Assembly (NCBI GenBank): GCA_030390025.1
Contig: CM059438.1
Span: 70,620,001 to 70,684,000 of the forward strand
From: Squalus acanthias
Lineage: Eukaryota
Direction: 5' to 3'
Length of the DNA stretch: 64,000 nt
Position numbers and translations under genes: made by a program. Every line of letters begins with the position of its first letter. Positions within the stretch are counted from its first letter, which is position 1. Below the pieces are notes generated by a model, which was not told the origin of the DNA, did not search any database, and saw only the letters and a list, made by a program, of their open reading frames with translations. Positions 49,870 through 63,857 of this stretch are shown here, piece after piece.

Positions 49870-50090
49870 AAAAGGGAACACTGCAAATCTTGGAAATCTG
49901 AAAGAAAAAAGGAAAATGTTAGAAATACCAGCAGATCAGGTAACATCTGTAAAGAGGAAAAATGTTTTGGGTGTCTACCTTTCATTTGAACACAGTTTGA
50001 ATGAAGAGAATACCCTTACAATATCATAACCTGCTTTCCTCTCTTTACTGATGCTGACTGACTAGCATTTCCTGTTTTTATTTCAGATCA
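49870..50090. mobile_element. Degenerate Penelope-like pLTR foldback (family A)
   Basis: GGAAATCTGAAA...AAAATGTTAGAAATAC arm and inverted GCATTTCCTGTTTTTATTTCAGA arm; the hammerhead core has decayed. Confidence 0.55.
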
Positions 50091-51789
50091 TCCACTAAAG
50101 CTAACTGATCGGTTTTAAATCACAGCACTGCACAGAGGTCATTGCTTCTGCTTTCTTGCTCCTGTGCCATATCTATTTAAGATTGCTGTTCAATGCAAAG
50201 AGAACCAGTTGATTTTTTGCAATGCCATTGTTGATTATTGTTATAAACACCAAAACTAAGAATCAGTTGTCAATATGAATTTCCATCACTGCACCCATTA
50301 GGCTGTCTAAGGATCAACTTGTCTCTGTGCATTCTTACCGTGGATCCGATATTTAGCATTCTTGTCTCAAAGCCAAAATACCTCTGTACTTTAAAGTGTA
50401 TCTCATGCCTTTGTTACTTGGCCAAAATACCATTAAGGCAAATGGCAGATTTTCAGGGTTGTTTTTGTAATGATCTAGCAAAGTTAATTACTTTTGTTCG
50501 AAATTATAAAGCTTCCACATTTTGTAGATTCTCACATGCATTTGATTTTCATTTTATTCAGCTGTCAATTTTCTCACCCAACGTTTAACAGTCTCTGACT
50601 ATCAAATTACAATTAATTATTTTACGTTATTGTGTGAGAGTTGGTTCCAATTATTTTGCAACATTGGCAATTTATGTTTCTTTTACTGATTCGCCCTCCT
50701 CCACTGCCGATAGATCCCTGCTCTGTGTTGAGTCCGCTGATATTGGTAAGGATGGCGGTCGAGGCGCTACATTTAGCCTCAGGATGCCATTCCTTGGTCA
50801 AAGGGCTGGGTCAGTTACCAGCTTCCAAGGCTTTTCCGCTGGTAATGCCGAAGACGACCACTAGGCGGTGTGTGAAAGTCACCTGGGTGGCTTGCCAGCT
50901 TCTCTTGTTTCTTCATATAGAAGTGGTCAACATCTATTTCCCCAGTCTGAGATCAGAAACTTGTTGTATAGGTAATCATGGTCATGAAGCCACATTAAAA
51001 TGCATTGGAGCACTCCTCTACTGCCATTATAGGGCCTTGAATTACAGGAAAATTGAGGGTGTCAAAGAGCACAGGTTCCAAATAGTAAGACAGATGTTAA
51101 GATCCAACTGCAGATGTCCCATGCTCAAACCCAGTGTTGAGTCCCAGCCAGGCATTAGGGGCATTACAATTGGCTTCAGCATTCCTGAGCAAGTGATGGG
51201 AAAAATCACCGAGGATCTTCACTGATCCTTTTCCAGTGACTCCTACTGGAAAGACATTTGTGACATGAGCTGATACTGTCTAAGTGAGTGAGACATGGCC
51301 ACTTGTGAAAGGTTATGGAACTATAAGAGAGATTTTCCGCTTTTGTGCTCCCAGCAGACTACTGAATGGAAAATCATGAGCTTACAATGTGCAGTTTCCT
51401 GATATATGCTCCCACCATGTGCCAAAGCAGAAAATCACCCCATTACTCCAGAACCACAGGACTTTTTACTACGTTAAAGACGCTGTATAAATGCAAGTAG
51501 TTGTTGTTGTTGTTGTAAGGGAGCACCTTCAGAAGAAAAAATTGGGAAAGAAAAGTGGAATTAAGAAGAGATTCTCCAAAATGCCCGGGGCATTATTAGG
51601 CATCTCATTCCACTGTTGTTTTATTTAGGTTCTGACCAAGTCATTCGCCCGTTATCTCATTGGAAACAATGAAGAATGTGCAGTGGTTGTGACTGTTACT
51701 GAACACATTTATTTTCCCTTGTTCTGAGATATAAAAGTGCATAGTCATGCAAATGTTTCAAAATAAGCTGTCATAGATTTTAAAAAACA

Positions 51790-52770
51790 CTAAGTTTAGG
51801 GTTAGAACTCGAAACACAAAGAAGGAAGTTGGAAAAATTGGTTTCACACAGAGGGTTCTCGGAGAATGGAATTTATCACAAGTGGCTAATGATCAGCCAT
51901 GATCTTATTGAATGGCGGAGCAGGCTCGAGGGACCGTATGGCTTACTCCTGCTCTTAGTTCTTATGTTAAAGGGAGTTAGACACAAGATTTAATAGGGGG
52001 TTAGTTAAACACCTGAAGAAAAAATATTGAAGGTTATGGGGAAAGAGCAGGGAATCAAGATAATAGTAGATAGCTTCAACAACAACAACTACTTGTATTT
52101 ATATAGCACCTTTAATGTAGTAAAACATCCCAATGCACTTCACAGGAGTATTATCAAACAAAATTTGACACTGAGCCACATGAGGAGATATTAGGACAGA
52201 TGACCAAAAGCTTGGTCAAAGAAGTAGGTTTTAAGGAGCGTCTTAAAGGAGGAGAGAGAGAGGTAGAGAGGCGGAGATGCTTAGGGAGGGAATTCAAGAG
52301 CTTAGGGCCTAGGCAGCTGAAGGCATAAACGACAGTGCTGGAGCAATTAAAATCGGCGAAGTGCAAGAGGCCAGAATTGGAGGAGCACAGAGATCTCGGA
52401 CGGTTGTGGGGCTGGAGGAGGCTTCACAGATAAGGTGGGGCAAGGCCATGGAGGGATTTGAAAACAAGGATGAGAATTTTAAAATCGAGATAACACAGTC
52501 TGACTAGGAACATAGGAATAGGAGTAGGCTTGTCAGCCCCTTGAGCCTGCTCCGCCATCCAACTAGATCATGGCTGATTTGTACCTCAACTCCATTTACC
52601 CGCCTTAACTCCATATGCCTTGATTCCCTTATCTAAGAAAAATCCATCGATCTCAGTCTTGAAAGCTCCAATTTCCCAGCAGCCACGGCCTTTTTTTTTG
52701 GCGGGGGAGGGCGGGGGCGGGGGTGGGGGTGGGGGGAGGATATTCCAGACTAGACTGACTGGCCTTCTTC
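51790..52770. mobile_element. Cluster of CR1 3' pieces (+), an L2 3' fragment (52078-52490, -) and a CR1 tail (52507-52770, -)
   Basis: Matches the CR1 and L2 3' ends elsewhere in the window. Confidence 0.8.
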
Positions 52771-53977
52771 AATGCTGAAACTTTTATGAAGCAAGAAAAA
52801 AAATCCTAAAGGGCCCTTAAATGGTTAAGTAATTAATGGCATATTCGTCGAATAGATGAATCTCAGAATTATAAACAGATAATGCTGGGAAACGTTACCC
52901 ACCGTTTGTTTTACAGATACTTACGGAACTGCAGCATATTTCCAGGATTTTTTGATCATGATATAGTTCTGGGCTTGGCTTTGATGAAAAAAGCTTTTTT
53001 AAAAAAAAAATAGAGAAGAAATCATGCAAAGAAATATGAAGCACTCTGTGTTTTTGGTGCTTAGTTATTAAATCATTTAAGCTGTAATATCTACTCCACC
53101 TTGTACAGCAATTATAAAAAAATGCATTGGTATATTTCCATGCCAGTATAGAAGAGCGGCCTTTGATCATCAGCGGAACTGTTTCTAATATGTTTTGCTG
53201 TTTGTAAAGTTTCTGGAAGACTGAATAGAATTGGAACAAGAAACAAGTTGCTGTGCCCATTTAGTTCAGTAAACTAAGCGGATTAATATGATTAATGCCA
53301 CTTTCTCGAAAAAAGGGTACAAGTTTCTATACAGCCGCTCTGCAGTAATCTCGCTTCACTGTTTGTCATAACATATACCTATTTTGATATTTTGACAATA
53401 TATTTTTCTTTCTACAAGAACATTTAAATATGCAGCATCTGAAGAATGTGTTTGCTTTAGTCATTACAAAAAACAATTCATGGAAAGGAAATGGTTCATT
53501 TAAAGCAAGCTAAATTTCAGTAGTTAACAAATTCCTTATTACATTACTCACACATCTTTCCATTCAATTAACTGAAAGCCTCCCAACTGTTTATTATTTC
53601 TCTGGTCAGAGCACTCCGTGCCCACTTGTTTAGACCACCTGGGTTACCATGACATAGTCTGCCTTGACCAGGATTCTGGGCAGAAAAAAAATGGATATGA
53701 CGACTTATGGAGTGGAATTTTCCCGCGTTGGCGTTAAGGGGTGAAAAGTCAACCAAAAGCTCCCGAATGAAGCCCGCCATTTTATTCCTGTTATTAATAT
53801 GGTCTTATGAGGAGCTGGTTTTACATCGACTGATTTTGCAGGGTCATAGTTTACCCACAATTCTTTATTATTTCAGTGTGTTTGTATGTGTTTTTTAATT
53901 CAAAATGAATTCAGTGATCAAAGCCAAATTGCACTAATTCAATCTCAAGCAGTGCTCATACATACTAATGTCACTTT

Positions 53978-54719
53978 GGCCCAGAAATTGATCTCGCTCT
54001 GTTCCCGCGGGGGTAAGGAGCAGGCGCGATCTCTCACTCCGCGTTGGCTTTTTCAGATCCAGCTCGCACGAACTTGATGTTCCAGACATCAGCTGGGCAG
54101 TGCTTGCGTATCCCACCGGCGTAGTGAATTCGTGCGAGCTGTGGGATCACGTGACTCAGTTAGAGCCAATGGCAGCACACCATCTTCCATTCATAAGTTT
54201 CACATACGTGCTGTGAAAGCTATGAATCTTACACCCCCCCAAAATAACAGCTAAACCTCAATTAAATTTAAAAAAAACCATCACATTAGTAAAATAAGTA
54301 TAGTTAAATAAATTAACCATTTTAAATAAAAAATTAAATTTTTGAAAAAATTTAAAATCTTTTAAAAAGTTATAAAAATAAACTTACCTGTCTTTAAAGT
54401 CTCTAAAAAAGATATACCTGTTAAAAAAAATTCAAAATAATACTTAATTCACTACTTACCTTGTTAAAAGTGGGTCTTGCTCCTCCTTTTTTCATTTCTA
54501 AAATCTTCCGTCCTTACCTGCGCGTCCAAAGCACTAAGTGCACAGCGTGCGCGCAGCCTGTAGCGCGCACGCGGTGCACCGAGGAACCGCCCCCTTTTCC
54601 AAAGACCAAGTGCCGGTTTTCAGCGCATGCGCAGTGCATGCAGAAAACCGGCAATTGGAGAGAGAATACGCGAGAGTACGCAGTGCGTACTCTCGCGCAG
54701 CGGGATCAATTTTTGGCCC
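53978..54719. mobile_element. Harbinger-type MITE related to 10199-10965 (opposite orientation)
   Basis: TIR GGCCCAGAAATTGATC / GATCAATTTTTGGCCC; TSD TTT; shares TGCATGCACTGCGCATGCGC and AACAAGGTAAGT blocks. Confidence 0.88.
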
Positions 54720-56936
54720 TTTATTTACATGTCTGATGCGCAGCTCAATATATTTCAAGATAAGAACCCAGAACTGATATTTGTATGATAACTAAAGCAC
54801 TGGCATAAACTACATTTGATTTTGTGTTTTGCTACTGTGCCTTTGTATAAAAATCAACAGCATTTGAAATTATTTGATTGTATGTGAAGCACCTCAGATG
54901 TTTGAAAGATCTGAACTGGTACTTTATTAATACAGGATTTTGTTTAACGTGGATTTGATTATCCCTACTAACGGATTGGTTAGGCTTAGTAAACATGACA
55001 TTGTGCCATCTAATAACTGAATAGTAAAGGCTAGATAACTTGATCCTCTACAACAGCACATGAGTTTGAGATGGTAAAAAGAAAGACTTGCATTTATATA
55101 GCGCCTTTCACGACCACCGGACGTCTCAAAGCGCTTTACAGCCAATGAAGTACTTTTGAAGTGGCGTCACTGTTGAAATGTGGGAAACGCGGCAGCCAAT
55201 TTGCGCACAGCAAGTACCGCAGGTACCAGGGAATTTACTGAGAACCTATACTGCTAAAATCTACCACTTATCACAATAAAAATAAGGTAGTAGGTTTACT
55301 TCTTTTCGATGTAGATGGTTTCATTTCCTATCTCCCAATTAATTAGATCTCCAAAATGCAATACAACTATAATACAATGATGACAGCAATCCTGCTGGGG
55401 AGTGCTGTACAACTAATCATTGCTTTGCACTGTCCATCAGATTGACCGTAGGAGGTTGGATGCCATTTAGGGTCTTTGAGTTTAGTTTACATTTCTCATC
55501 CAAGATCAAAATATCTTGCCAACCTTCCTGTTCCCCAATGATAATAAACAAAAGCAAACCTGTTTTTATATGTTATTTTTATATTAGTGTTTCAATATGT
55601 TCAATTATCAGGGTGTTCATTCCAGAGGATCTGGCTGAATTGACATGAAAAAAATTGAAAGGAACCAGACGCACGAGCTTCTCCACTGAGCTGCTGAGGA
55701 GCTGTACAGACCAAGAAAATCTCCGATTCTATCCTTAATCTCAATAGGATGACAATGGGGGTGCCAAAGCTGGGCTCAGTGCCCTGAAGTTAGGAGGAGA
55801 AAACTGGTCAAGATTTGTACTCCTGAACACCTTTCAGACTAGAAATACATGTGTGTGACTGCTGCACAAAGAGAGGATCAAGTTTCGCTTTACTGTCCCC
55901 AAAAATGGACTAGCCAGCCAACAGTCAATGTCAGGATTCACACATGGATAATGATCACATGGACAAGATACCAGAGGCCAACTGCCATACTTGGGACCCC
56001 TGTGCAGGCTTCAGGAGAGGAGGGAAGTGGAACAAAATAACATAAGAAAAGCAAGTTCAATGGAGATCAGAGATGTGTAGTTAAAATCTTATGTGGTGCT
56101 TTTTTCTACCACTAGATGTCTCTATTTTGACTTATAAATCTTCAGCATTGGCAAAGAGCACCGAGTCTGTTTCAGGTGACCTTTCATTCTTTCAATACCT
56201 GTCAGCATTGATTATCCTTTGCAATTTTAGAAGACACACAATTTTTTTTAATTGAATTAACTATCGTTATCTTGTTAAGTTCTTTAAGGTGTCATGCAGA
56301 ACTACTACGAAAGCGATTGAAGGGATAAGAAATTGGGAGCTATCTTTTTGGCAAGATTTAGTCAGGCTTTACTGTTACAATAACAAATTCACTCATTGGA
56401 GCACTGTTCTTAAAAAGCAACAACAGTGAGGAGGCAGTGAGTTTAGCCAGAGGTTACATAGGTAACAATCTGCCCTGCCAAGAGGCTATGGGGGGCATTT
56501 TAACCTGGAGGAGTGCGTGGGTTTGGGTGCGGGCTTAAAACTGGCAAAAATGCGAGCGCGTCAGGAAGCCGCTTCCAACCCGCTGACTTCCATGTTGAAT
56601 TTGGGCGCATTAAGCTGCTTGCGCGCAACCCCCTTGGGAGAGGCGGGTTGCCTATTATTAACATATGCTAATCACTCATTTAGAGCGATATTTCAACTCC
56701 CTTTCAAATTTAACGGTGCATCCATGGGTTGCTCGGGCTTCCTGAAACTCACCAGTGAAAGCAAGGCGAGAACACAATGGCAATTGAGGGGGCTGAATCA
56801 AACTCACGGAAACACTGCAATAAATACTCAGTACTCACAGCTGCTTTTTTACCTCCTCATGGGAAAGGGTTTGTTCACAGTACTTTTGCATAGAGTTTAC
56901 TTTCTACACTTCAGAGGTTTTATGAATCACAACAGG

Positions 56937-58127
56937 ATGGGTGACGCTTTGGCTGCCTTCTTTTGGACCTCGGACGAGGACCAATGTGACCAGCACCGGC
57001 AGCACCAGCAGCAGCCTGCTTTTAAGAGACCTGCAGAGAAGGCAGCAGCAGAGGGGTGCAGCTCACAGGGGGCACTGCCCGCGATACAGGGTGTACAGGC
57101 AGAAGCTGAGTTTCCTTGACATGTCTGAACAGCAGTATTTCAGGGGGTGCAGGCTGCCGCGTCAAGTGGTGGCAGACATCTGCAGCCTGCTGGACCTGGT
57201 GGCCACCTGTTACCAGTGGCTGTCAAAGTCACCACCGCCCTCAACATTTTAGCCTCTGGATACTTCCAGGGCTCTGCTGGAGACTTATCCGGGGTCTCCC
57301 AGTTGGCGGCCCACAAATGCATAAGACAGGTGACTGATGCTTTGTTTGCCAAGGCCGGCAATTATGTGAAGCTCGCCTGCTATGACGTCAGTCAGAATGA
57401 GCGGTCGCGCGGGTTTGCGTCTCTGGTTGGCTTCCCACAGGTACAGGGTGTATTCAATTGCACACACGTGGCAATCTGGGCACCCCCAGTTCAACTAGGA
57501 GTATTAGTCAACCGCAAGGGCTTCCACTCCATCAATGTGCAGCTGGTGTGCAATCACAGAAAGATCTTTATGCAGACGTGCAGAAGATTCTCGGGGCGCT
57601 GTCATGATGCTTTCATCTCGCAGTGTAAGCTCCCTGATGTCTTTAGACCTGCAAGCAGATTTAAGAGGTGGCTGCTAGGAGACAAAAGATACCCACTTCA
57701 AACTTGGCTGATGACACCCATCAGAAACCCGAACAATGAAGCGCAACAGCTATACAATGAATGCCATATGACCACCAGGTGTGTGATCGAACAAGCCATC
57801 GGCATGCTGAAGATGCGCTTCAGGTGCCTAGACAGATCTGGAGGCGCCCTTCAGTACGCACCAGCCAGGGTGACCAGATTGGTCATGGTGTGCTGCGCTC
57901 TGCACAATATTGCACAGCAGCGAGGTTTGGACCTGCAGGAGGAACAAAGCGCAGAGCTTAGATCTTCTTCGGATAATTCAGAGGAGAAGGAAGACGAGGA
58001 AGACAAGGAGCAGAAGTTGATGAGGGCAATGCACCACCAGCTGTTCACATTGCTGCCAGGGATGCCCTTATTAACTGCACATCCCCCCATTGGTCCCCAT
58101 AAATTCATGTCTTCCCATTCAAGTTAA
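56937..58127 (+). pseudogene. Harbinger DDE transposase with frameshifts; first catalytic D changed to N
   Basis: [67 protein letters not shown]. Confidence 0.93.
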
Positions 58128-58258
58128 AATGCGACTTGCCTCCCAGCAACCAAGAATGGACAAGATGGAAAAGTGGTGCAAAATTTATGTGCTTTAACTA
58201 AACAGCAGAAACATAACATAACAGTTTCTCACACACCCACGTGCATACCCTTGTGCAA

Positions 58259-59553
58259 CTACAAAGCTTGCCTCTTCCTTTTCCTTCCGCTTCTCCGTGG
58301 TGCAACCCCTGTGGCTTCAGCACAGGTAGAGGCCGGCTGCTCAGATCCCTGCTCTGAGTGCTGAGATGCTCTTGGCTGATGACTTCTGGGTTTTGGAGCC
58401 CGTGAGGGCTCCGCCAAAGACTGCTCCACCTGCACCTGTGCAGGGGCAGACTTGGCCATCGGGAGACGAGGCAGCGTGTCAGGTACTGACTGAGGGGGGA
58501 GGGGGCAACGGGTGAGAAGTGAAAGTGCTTTAAGTGGAGTCCCCACTTCCATGTCCACTTTCACCATCATCCCTCTCATGGCCCAGCCGCATTTCATTGC
58601 TACCACTGTGCTGGAAAGCACTTTGGTGCAGATCAGTGCGGCGCTGTAAGGCCAAGGCTATGGTATCTGTCATCCTATTTAAGGTAGCAGACATGTTGTC
58701 ATCCAGAGTCTGTATGGTCATGGTCAAGGCATGCATGGACTCATTTGATTGCAGTGTTTGATGTTCCACAGAGCTGGCCACTCTATCCATGGAAGAACAC
58801 ATCATCGCAATGCCCTGCAACATCAACCCACTCATGCTTGAGGCGGACTCTTCCATTCTCACTGCAATTGTGGTGCGTGGGATTGCTAGGCCTGTCAGTG
58901 CATCGTACATTCTATGCTGCTGCTCAATGATTCTCCTTTTCATCGATGGTCCCCCGGGGTTCTGCATCTGTGTCCAGCTGAGCAGAGCTTGGAGCGGGCT
59001 GGTGCCCTCCGATGCGGACTCTCTACAGCTGTCCCTGCCGCCACCATCTGCTCTTTCTCACTTGTGAAGTGTGAATCAACAGGTGAAAACCCAACTATCT
59101 GTCTAACTGTTTCGACCAAAGTGCGAGTATCTGAACTGGTGCATGGTCTGCATGAGTCCTGTGACGGTGCAGCCTCAGAAGGATTCAGCTCCTCTGAGGA
59201 CTCGTCGTCCGCGACCTCCAGCGACTGCTGCTGCGCACGTGAAGGCCCTGTCGGAGATAAAAGACATGAATTAGCACTGGCAAGGTAAGAATGTTGCAAC
59301 TTATCACTATGAAGATGATCATATTTCATTCGCTGTTGAAATGAAGTCAACATGACTGAGTGCTGTATGACATATGGGCCGCTGATATTTAATTGTGTCA
59401 CCAGGTAGCTGGGAGGTCCCCATCTCCGATGGTCATGGACGCTGAAACTCCACTAATCACCAGCACCTCCTCCTCAGCATTTGTGAGCTGGGAAATGTGT
59501 GGAGGGCCAACTCCGGTTCTCTCCCTCTCCCTCGTGTTCTGTGCTCTTTTCTC
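58259..59553 (-). pseudogene. Harbinger Myb-partner gene, exons 2 (59553-59402) and 3 (59247-58259)
   Basis: TTGCAG/ EKRAQNTRERERTGVGPP; CGACAG/ acceptor; coiled-coil-like middle; basic end RRSGRKRKRQAL*. Confidence 0.8.
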
Positions 59554-61139
59554 CTGCAACGAGGGAAAGAACAGACCTACGAGTGACTGTAATGGCATGT
59601 GTTGACCCGATGGCTGCAGTGCATTTGGTGAGGGTGACTATGAAGGAGAGGCATGACATTACATTAGGATGAGGGTGAGTGGGAGTGATGGATGGATAGA
59701 TGGGGATTTGAGGAAGTGCATAGAAAGAGAAGGATGGGTGCGCATGCAAGCTAAGTTACTAAGTAATTAAAACACAATAGACAATTGTAAAAATTAGACT
59801 TTTCATTGATTTAGGACCTAGAAAATAAAATCTAACATAACTGAAGCTCAGTGTTTTTTTGTGAATAGTAGCGCAAAGCAAAGCAAAACAAAAATATTTT
59901 TGTATTCTCAAAGCAAAGCGACCCTATGATATGTTAATGAAAGGGTCTATCAATTGCAGATTAGTTGGCACTTGCTTTCAAATGTAATCTTTTAAAATTA
60001 TTTACTTCCATGAAAAAGACATTCTACATGCAAAACATCTGAGGAACTTATTTGGTATGTTGAAGTATAAATATCCTAAGGGTATTCTTTACTGGTTGCC
60101 ATTGCACATGGCAGTCTGCCATCGCAGTACCACAACACTGTGAAGTCTGCTGCAAAACTGTAATAATACTTGGAAAGGATTTCTTAAAAAAAACATATCC
60201 TGTGTTATTAGTACATACTACAGTTTTTCAGATTATAGCTTGGAATACGAAGAATTACTTCTTAATTAAAACCATATTCTCTCATAATTTTTTGCACCGT
60301 TTTAACAATGTTAAATAACTTGTGTTTTACATGGCGACACTCTGGTTGTTGCCGTGCTGTCCTTACTGTACATGCCATTGAAAACAAAAGTCAAAAGACC
60401 AGTTTGGAAGGGGTGAGCGAAAGTCTGCCTCTCATCGTGGATTTGTACGCTTGACTGCGACCTGCCTAGTTTTCAGACCGAGCTCTTAAAGGGAGAAAGG
60501 GAAGTAATCGGAAAGAAGTAACGTCCCACACAACTGTTGCCTTATTTTTAGTCCTTGATTTATTTATTTTCCGTAGCTTATTTTTAATGTCAGGAGCAGA
60601 TTCCTGGTACCATCATTTAATTTGTTGATGACATCTTTTATGAGAAAAGCGGAGATGATGCTTTAAATTGCATTGGTGATCAGCTGCTGAAATGCTGAAA
60701 CAAAGCATTAGTCAGTGCCTTTTAAGCACGTTAGGCAGGAAGGCTTCATGCTTGCTTGCCTGTAATCGAAGTAATTTCCACGATGCCATTATATTAAATG
60801 ATAGCACCAGGGAACCCTTTTTGGCATTAAAAAAATATGTTTTCGAATACTTCTGTTTTTATTAAAGCTACAAAATCTGGCTCTAGGGGTTCATTTATGT
60901 GCAAAAGTGGTTGCTTCCTACACTTTCCTTCTCCCTTAAATACCTAATTTGTTATAATTTTTTTTTAATGAGTGCATCCCATAATTTGAGTTTTTTTTAA
61001 ATGTTTTTATATATTATAAGTCTCCTTTAAAATGTAGAACATCCTCAAATCTGTTCTCTTTGGCCAATCTCAAGCCATGTGAAAATTACATACAAGGATA
61101 ATCAGGGTGCATTTACATTACAATTGTATCATCGATGAT

Positions 61140-61580
61140 ATCAGCAGCAGCTCAGTGACAGCACACTTACCTCAGGCTCAGAGGGTTCTGGGTTCAAGCC
61201 CCACTCCAGAGACTTAAGCACAAAATCTAAGGAATGCTGGCACTGTCGGAGGCGCCGTCTTTCGGACGAGAGGTTAAAGCGAGGCCCCGTCTGCCCGCTC
61301 AGGTGGACATAAAAGATCCCACGACACTATTTCAAAGAAGAGCAGGGGAGTTCTCCCCGATGTCCTGGCCAATTTTTATCCCTCAACTAACATCACTACA
61401 AACAGATTATCTGGTCATGATCACGTTGCTGTTCGTGGGACCTTGCCGTGTGAAAATTAGCTGTAATCTTTCCTACATTACAACAGCGACTACATTTCAA
61501 AAGTACTTCATTGGCTGTAAAGCGCTTTGGGATGTCCAGAGGTTGTGAAAGGCGCTATATAAATGCAGGTTTTTCTTTCT
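61140..61580 (+). mobile_element. Deu-type tRNA SINE (a tail fragment also lies at 55078-55215, -)
   Basis: B-box GGTTCAAGCCC; conserved body; tail GCGCTATATAAATGCAGG. Confidence 0.85.
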
Positions 61581-62234
61581 GCGTAGATTAAAATCATAGA
61601 GTTACAACACAGGAACAGGCCAATCAGCCCATCAAATCTGTGCCAGTGCTTTTCTCCACTTGAGCCACCTAGTCTAATTTCCCTCCCCTTACCCTGTCGT
61701 ATTCCCCCTTTTCAAGCAACTGTCTAATTCCCTTTACAATGTACTTAATCACTCTGCCTTTACAACAGTTTGTGCCAGAGAATTGCACTTTCTAACCGGT
61801 GACGTATTTTTTTTTTCTTAACTTCCTGTCAATTCCGTTGTGATTAGCTGAAATTTCTGGCCTCTCGTTGCTGTCATGCTTCGGACTAACACTTCGCTGG
61901 AAATGTAAATCCACGTTTAGTATTGACATTCATCATTCGAGAAATTAACTGACATGCTTCGAGATACTTTGGCCAACTATTCCACTGAAAAGATCTAGAT
62001 CCGTTATTTGAAAATGTGTTTAAGTTACGGCTTGCTTCAAAGGGGGTTAGTACCTCAGGACAGCCCCTTTTGGGATGTGAACCTAAAGTCAGACTGAAGG
62101 TGGTTGATATGCTAATCGAAAGTTGATTCCCCCCCCCCCCCAACACCACCCCCCTCACCCCCCAACCCTCCCATACCCCCTTCCCTCAAATGCAGAGATC
62201 AAACAAGAAGGATGTAAGTGATAAACACCTTCAC

Positions 62235-63560
62235 CTGGAGTTTCCGCTAGGTTGCGTTGGTTTTATTCAGTGCAATTTGCCCAAAATCGGCCAGACCAGC
62301 GCATAAAATTGAGGAATTTGACCTGCAAATTATGGCCAGCGCAAATCGAGTTTCCACGATCTTTTTTTTTATTCGTTTATGGGATCAGGGCGTCGCTGGC
62401 AATGCCAGCATTTATTGGCCATCCCTAGTTGCCCTTGAGGTGGTGGTGGTGGTGAGCCGTCTTCTTGAACCGCTGCAGTCCATGTGGTGAAGGTACTCCC
62501 ACAGTGCTGTTAGGGAGGGAGTTCCAGGATTTTGACCCTGCGATGATGAAGGATCGGCAATATACTTCTAAGTCTGGATGGTGTGTGACTTGGAGGGGAA
62601 CTTGGAGGTGGTGGTGTTCCCATGCGCCTGCTGCCCTTGTCCTTCCAGGTGGAAGAGGTCGTGGGTTTGGGAGGTGCTGCCGAAGAAGCCTTGGCGAGTT
62701 GCTGCAGTGCATCTTGTAGATGGTACACACTGTAGCCACGGTGCGCCGGTGGTGAAGGGAGTGAATGTTTAAGGTGGTGGATGGTGTGCCAATCAAGCGG
62801 GCTGCTTTGTCCTGGATGGTGTCGAGCTTCTTGAGTGTTGTTGCAGCTGCACTCATCCAGGCAAGTGGAGAATATTCCATCACACTCCTTACTTGTGCCT
62901 TGTAGATGGTAGAAATGCTTTGGGGAGTCAGGAGGTGAGACACTCACCGCAGAATACCTAGCCTCTGACCTGCTCTTGTTGCCACAGTATTTATGTGGCT
63001 GGTCCAGTTAAGTTTCTGGTTAATGGTGACCCCCAGGATATTGACAGTGGGGGATTCGGCGATGGTAATGCCATTGAATGTCAAGGGGAGGTGGTTAGAC
63101 TCTCGCTTGTTGGAGATAGTCATTGCCTGGCACTTCTGTGGCATGAATGTTACCTGCCACTTATCAGCCAATTTAAAAACTATTCCACCCGTTTAAAAAC
63201 TATTCCGCTGAAAAATGATCAAAACCCCCAGAAATAATTAATCACCATGGCGAGTTTCCGCTAATCGTGCCCATTTGCAGGCCTTCGAGGAGGCTCTTAA
63301 AAATTAAGCTTTTTTTTTTAGGTGCAAGGCAACTTTTTAAAAGCTTTTAAATATCACATTTTTTTAAATTTACTGAGAAACTGACTACTGTACACCAATG
63401 AAACTAGTAAATGGTTCTGCATAGTTTCTTAAAGTCATTTTCAGGTATTTAAAATTGGGTTACTCACAGGTGGTGGACTCGGCAGTCTTGTTGAAAATGT
63501 TTATTTTTTGCGGTAAACCCATTTTCAGCTGCATTAATAAAATGGCACAGGTTACCAGCA
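62235..63560. mobile_element. MITE of the 48889-49494 family, interrupted by LINE family B
   Basis: 63236-63558 is antisense-homologous to 48985-49330. Confidence 0.75.
62362..63170 (-). mobile_element. LINE family B, 3' fragment
   Basis: ADKWQVTF...WNSLPNSTVG; poly-T at 62363-62370. Confidence 0.9.
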
Positions 63561-63565
63561 GTCTG

Positions 63566-63857
63566 ATACAACAGCAAAATACTGCGGATGCTGGAAATCT
63601 GAAATAAAAACAGAAAATGCTGGAAATACTCAGCAGGTCAGGCAGCATCTGTGGAGGGGGGAGAGGCGGAGGAAAGAACAAAAGGGAAGTCTTTTGTTCT
63701 TTCCTCCCCTCCCCACTTTCCCTGCCTCTGTCCTTGTTTAAAAACTGTCACATCTCTAACTTTTTCCAGTTCTGATGAAAGGTCATCGACCTGAAACATT
63801 AACTCTGTTTCTCTCTCCACATATGCTGAGTATTTCCAGCATTTTTTTCTTTTATTC
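63566..63857. mobile_element. Penelope-like pLTR foldback (family A)
   Basis: Arm AAAATGCTGGAAATACTCAGCA is inverted at 63825-63846. Confidence 0.85.
63768..63804 (+). ncRNA. Minimal type-I hammerhead ribozyme motif
   Basis: AGTT-CTGATGA-A-AGGTC-ATC-GACCT-GAAA-CATT-AACT. Confidence 0.78.

Larger units (their letters stand above)
56490..59750. mobile_element. PIF/Harbinger transposon with the Myb-side end lost
   Basis: Left terminus GGGGGGCATTTT; transposase (+) and Myb-partner exons 2-3 (-); abrupt switch to AT-rich DNA at about 59750. Confidence 0.9.

Noticed and set aside
50641..51225. 194-aa ORF
   Set aside because: Non-ATG start, no recognisable domain, and the 3' part runs into an old SINE-like repeat.
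52699..52740. G-quadruplex-like G-run tract (also C-runs at 62128-62185)
   Set aside because: Low-complexity sequence; the first lies inside a CR1 remnant, and there is no evidence of function.
57147..58127. 326-aa ORF as a domesticated host HARBI1 gene
   Set aside because: It has upstream frameshifts and a catalytic D changed to N, and it lies inside a TIR-bearing element with a Myb partner.
60455..60495. Minus-strand LGLKTRQV resembling a homeodomain helix
   Set aside because: Too short, lacks WFQNRR, and the frame closes.
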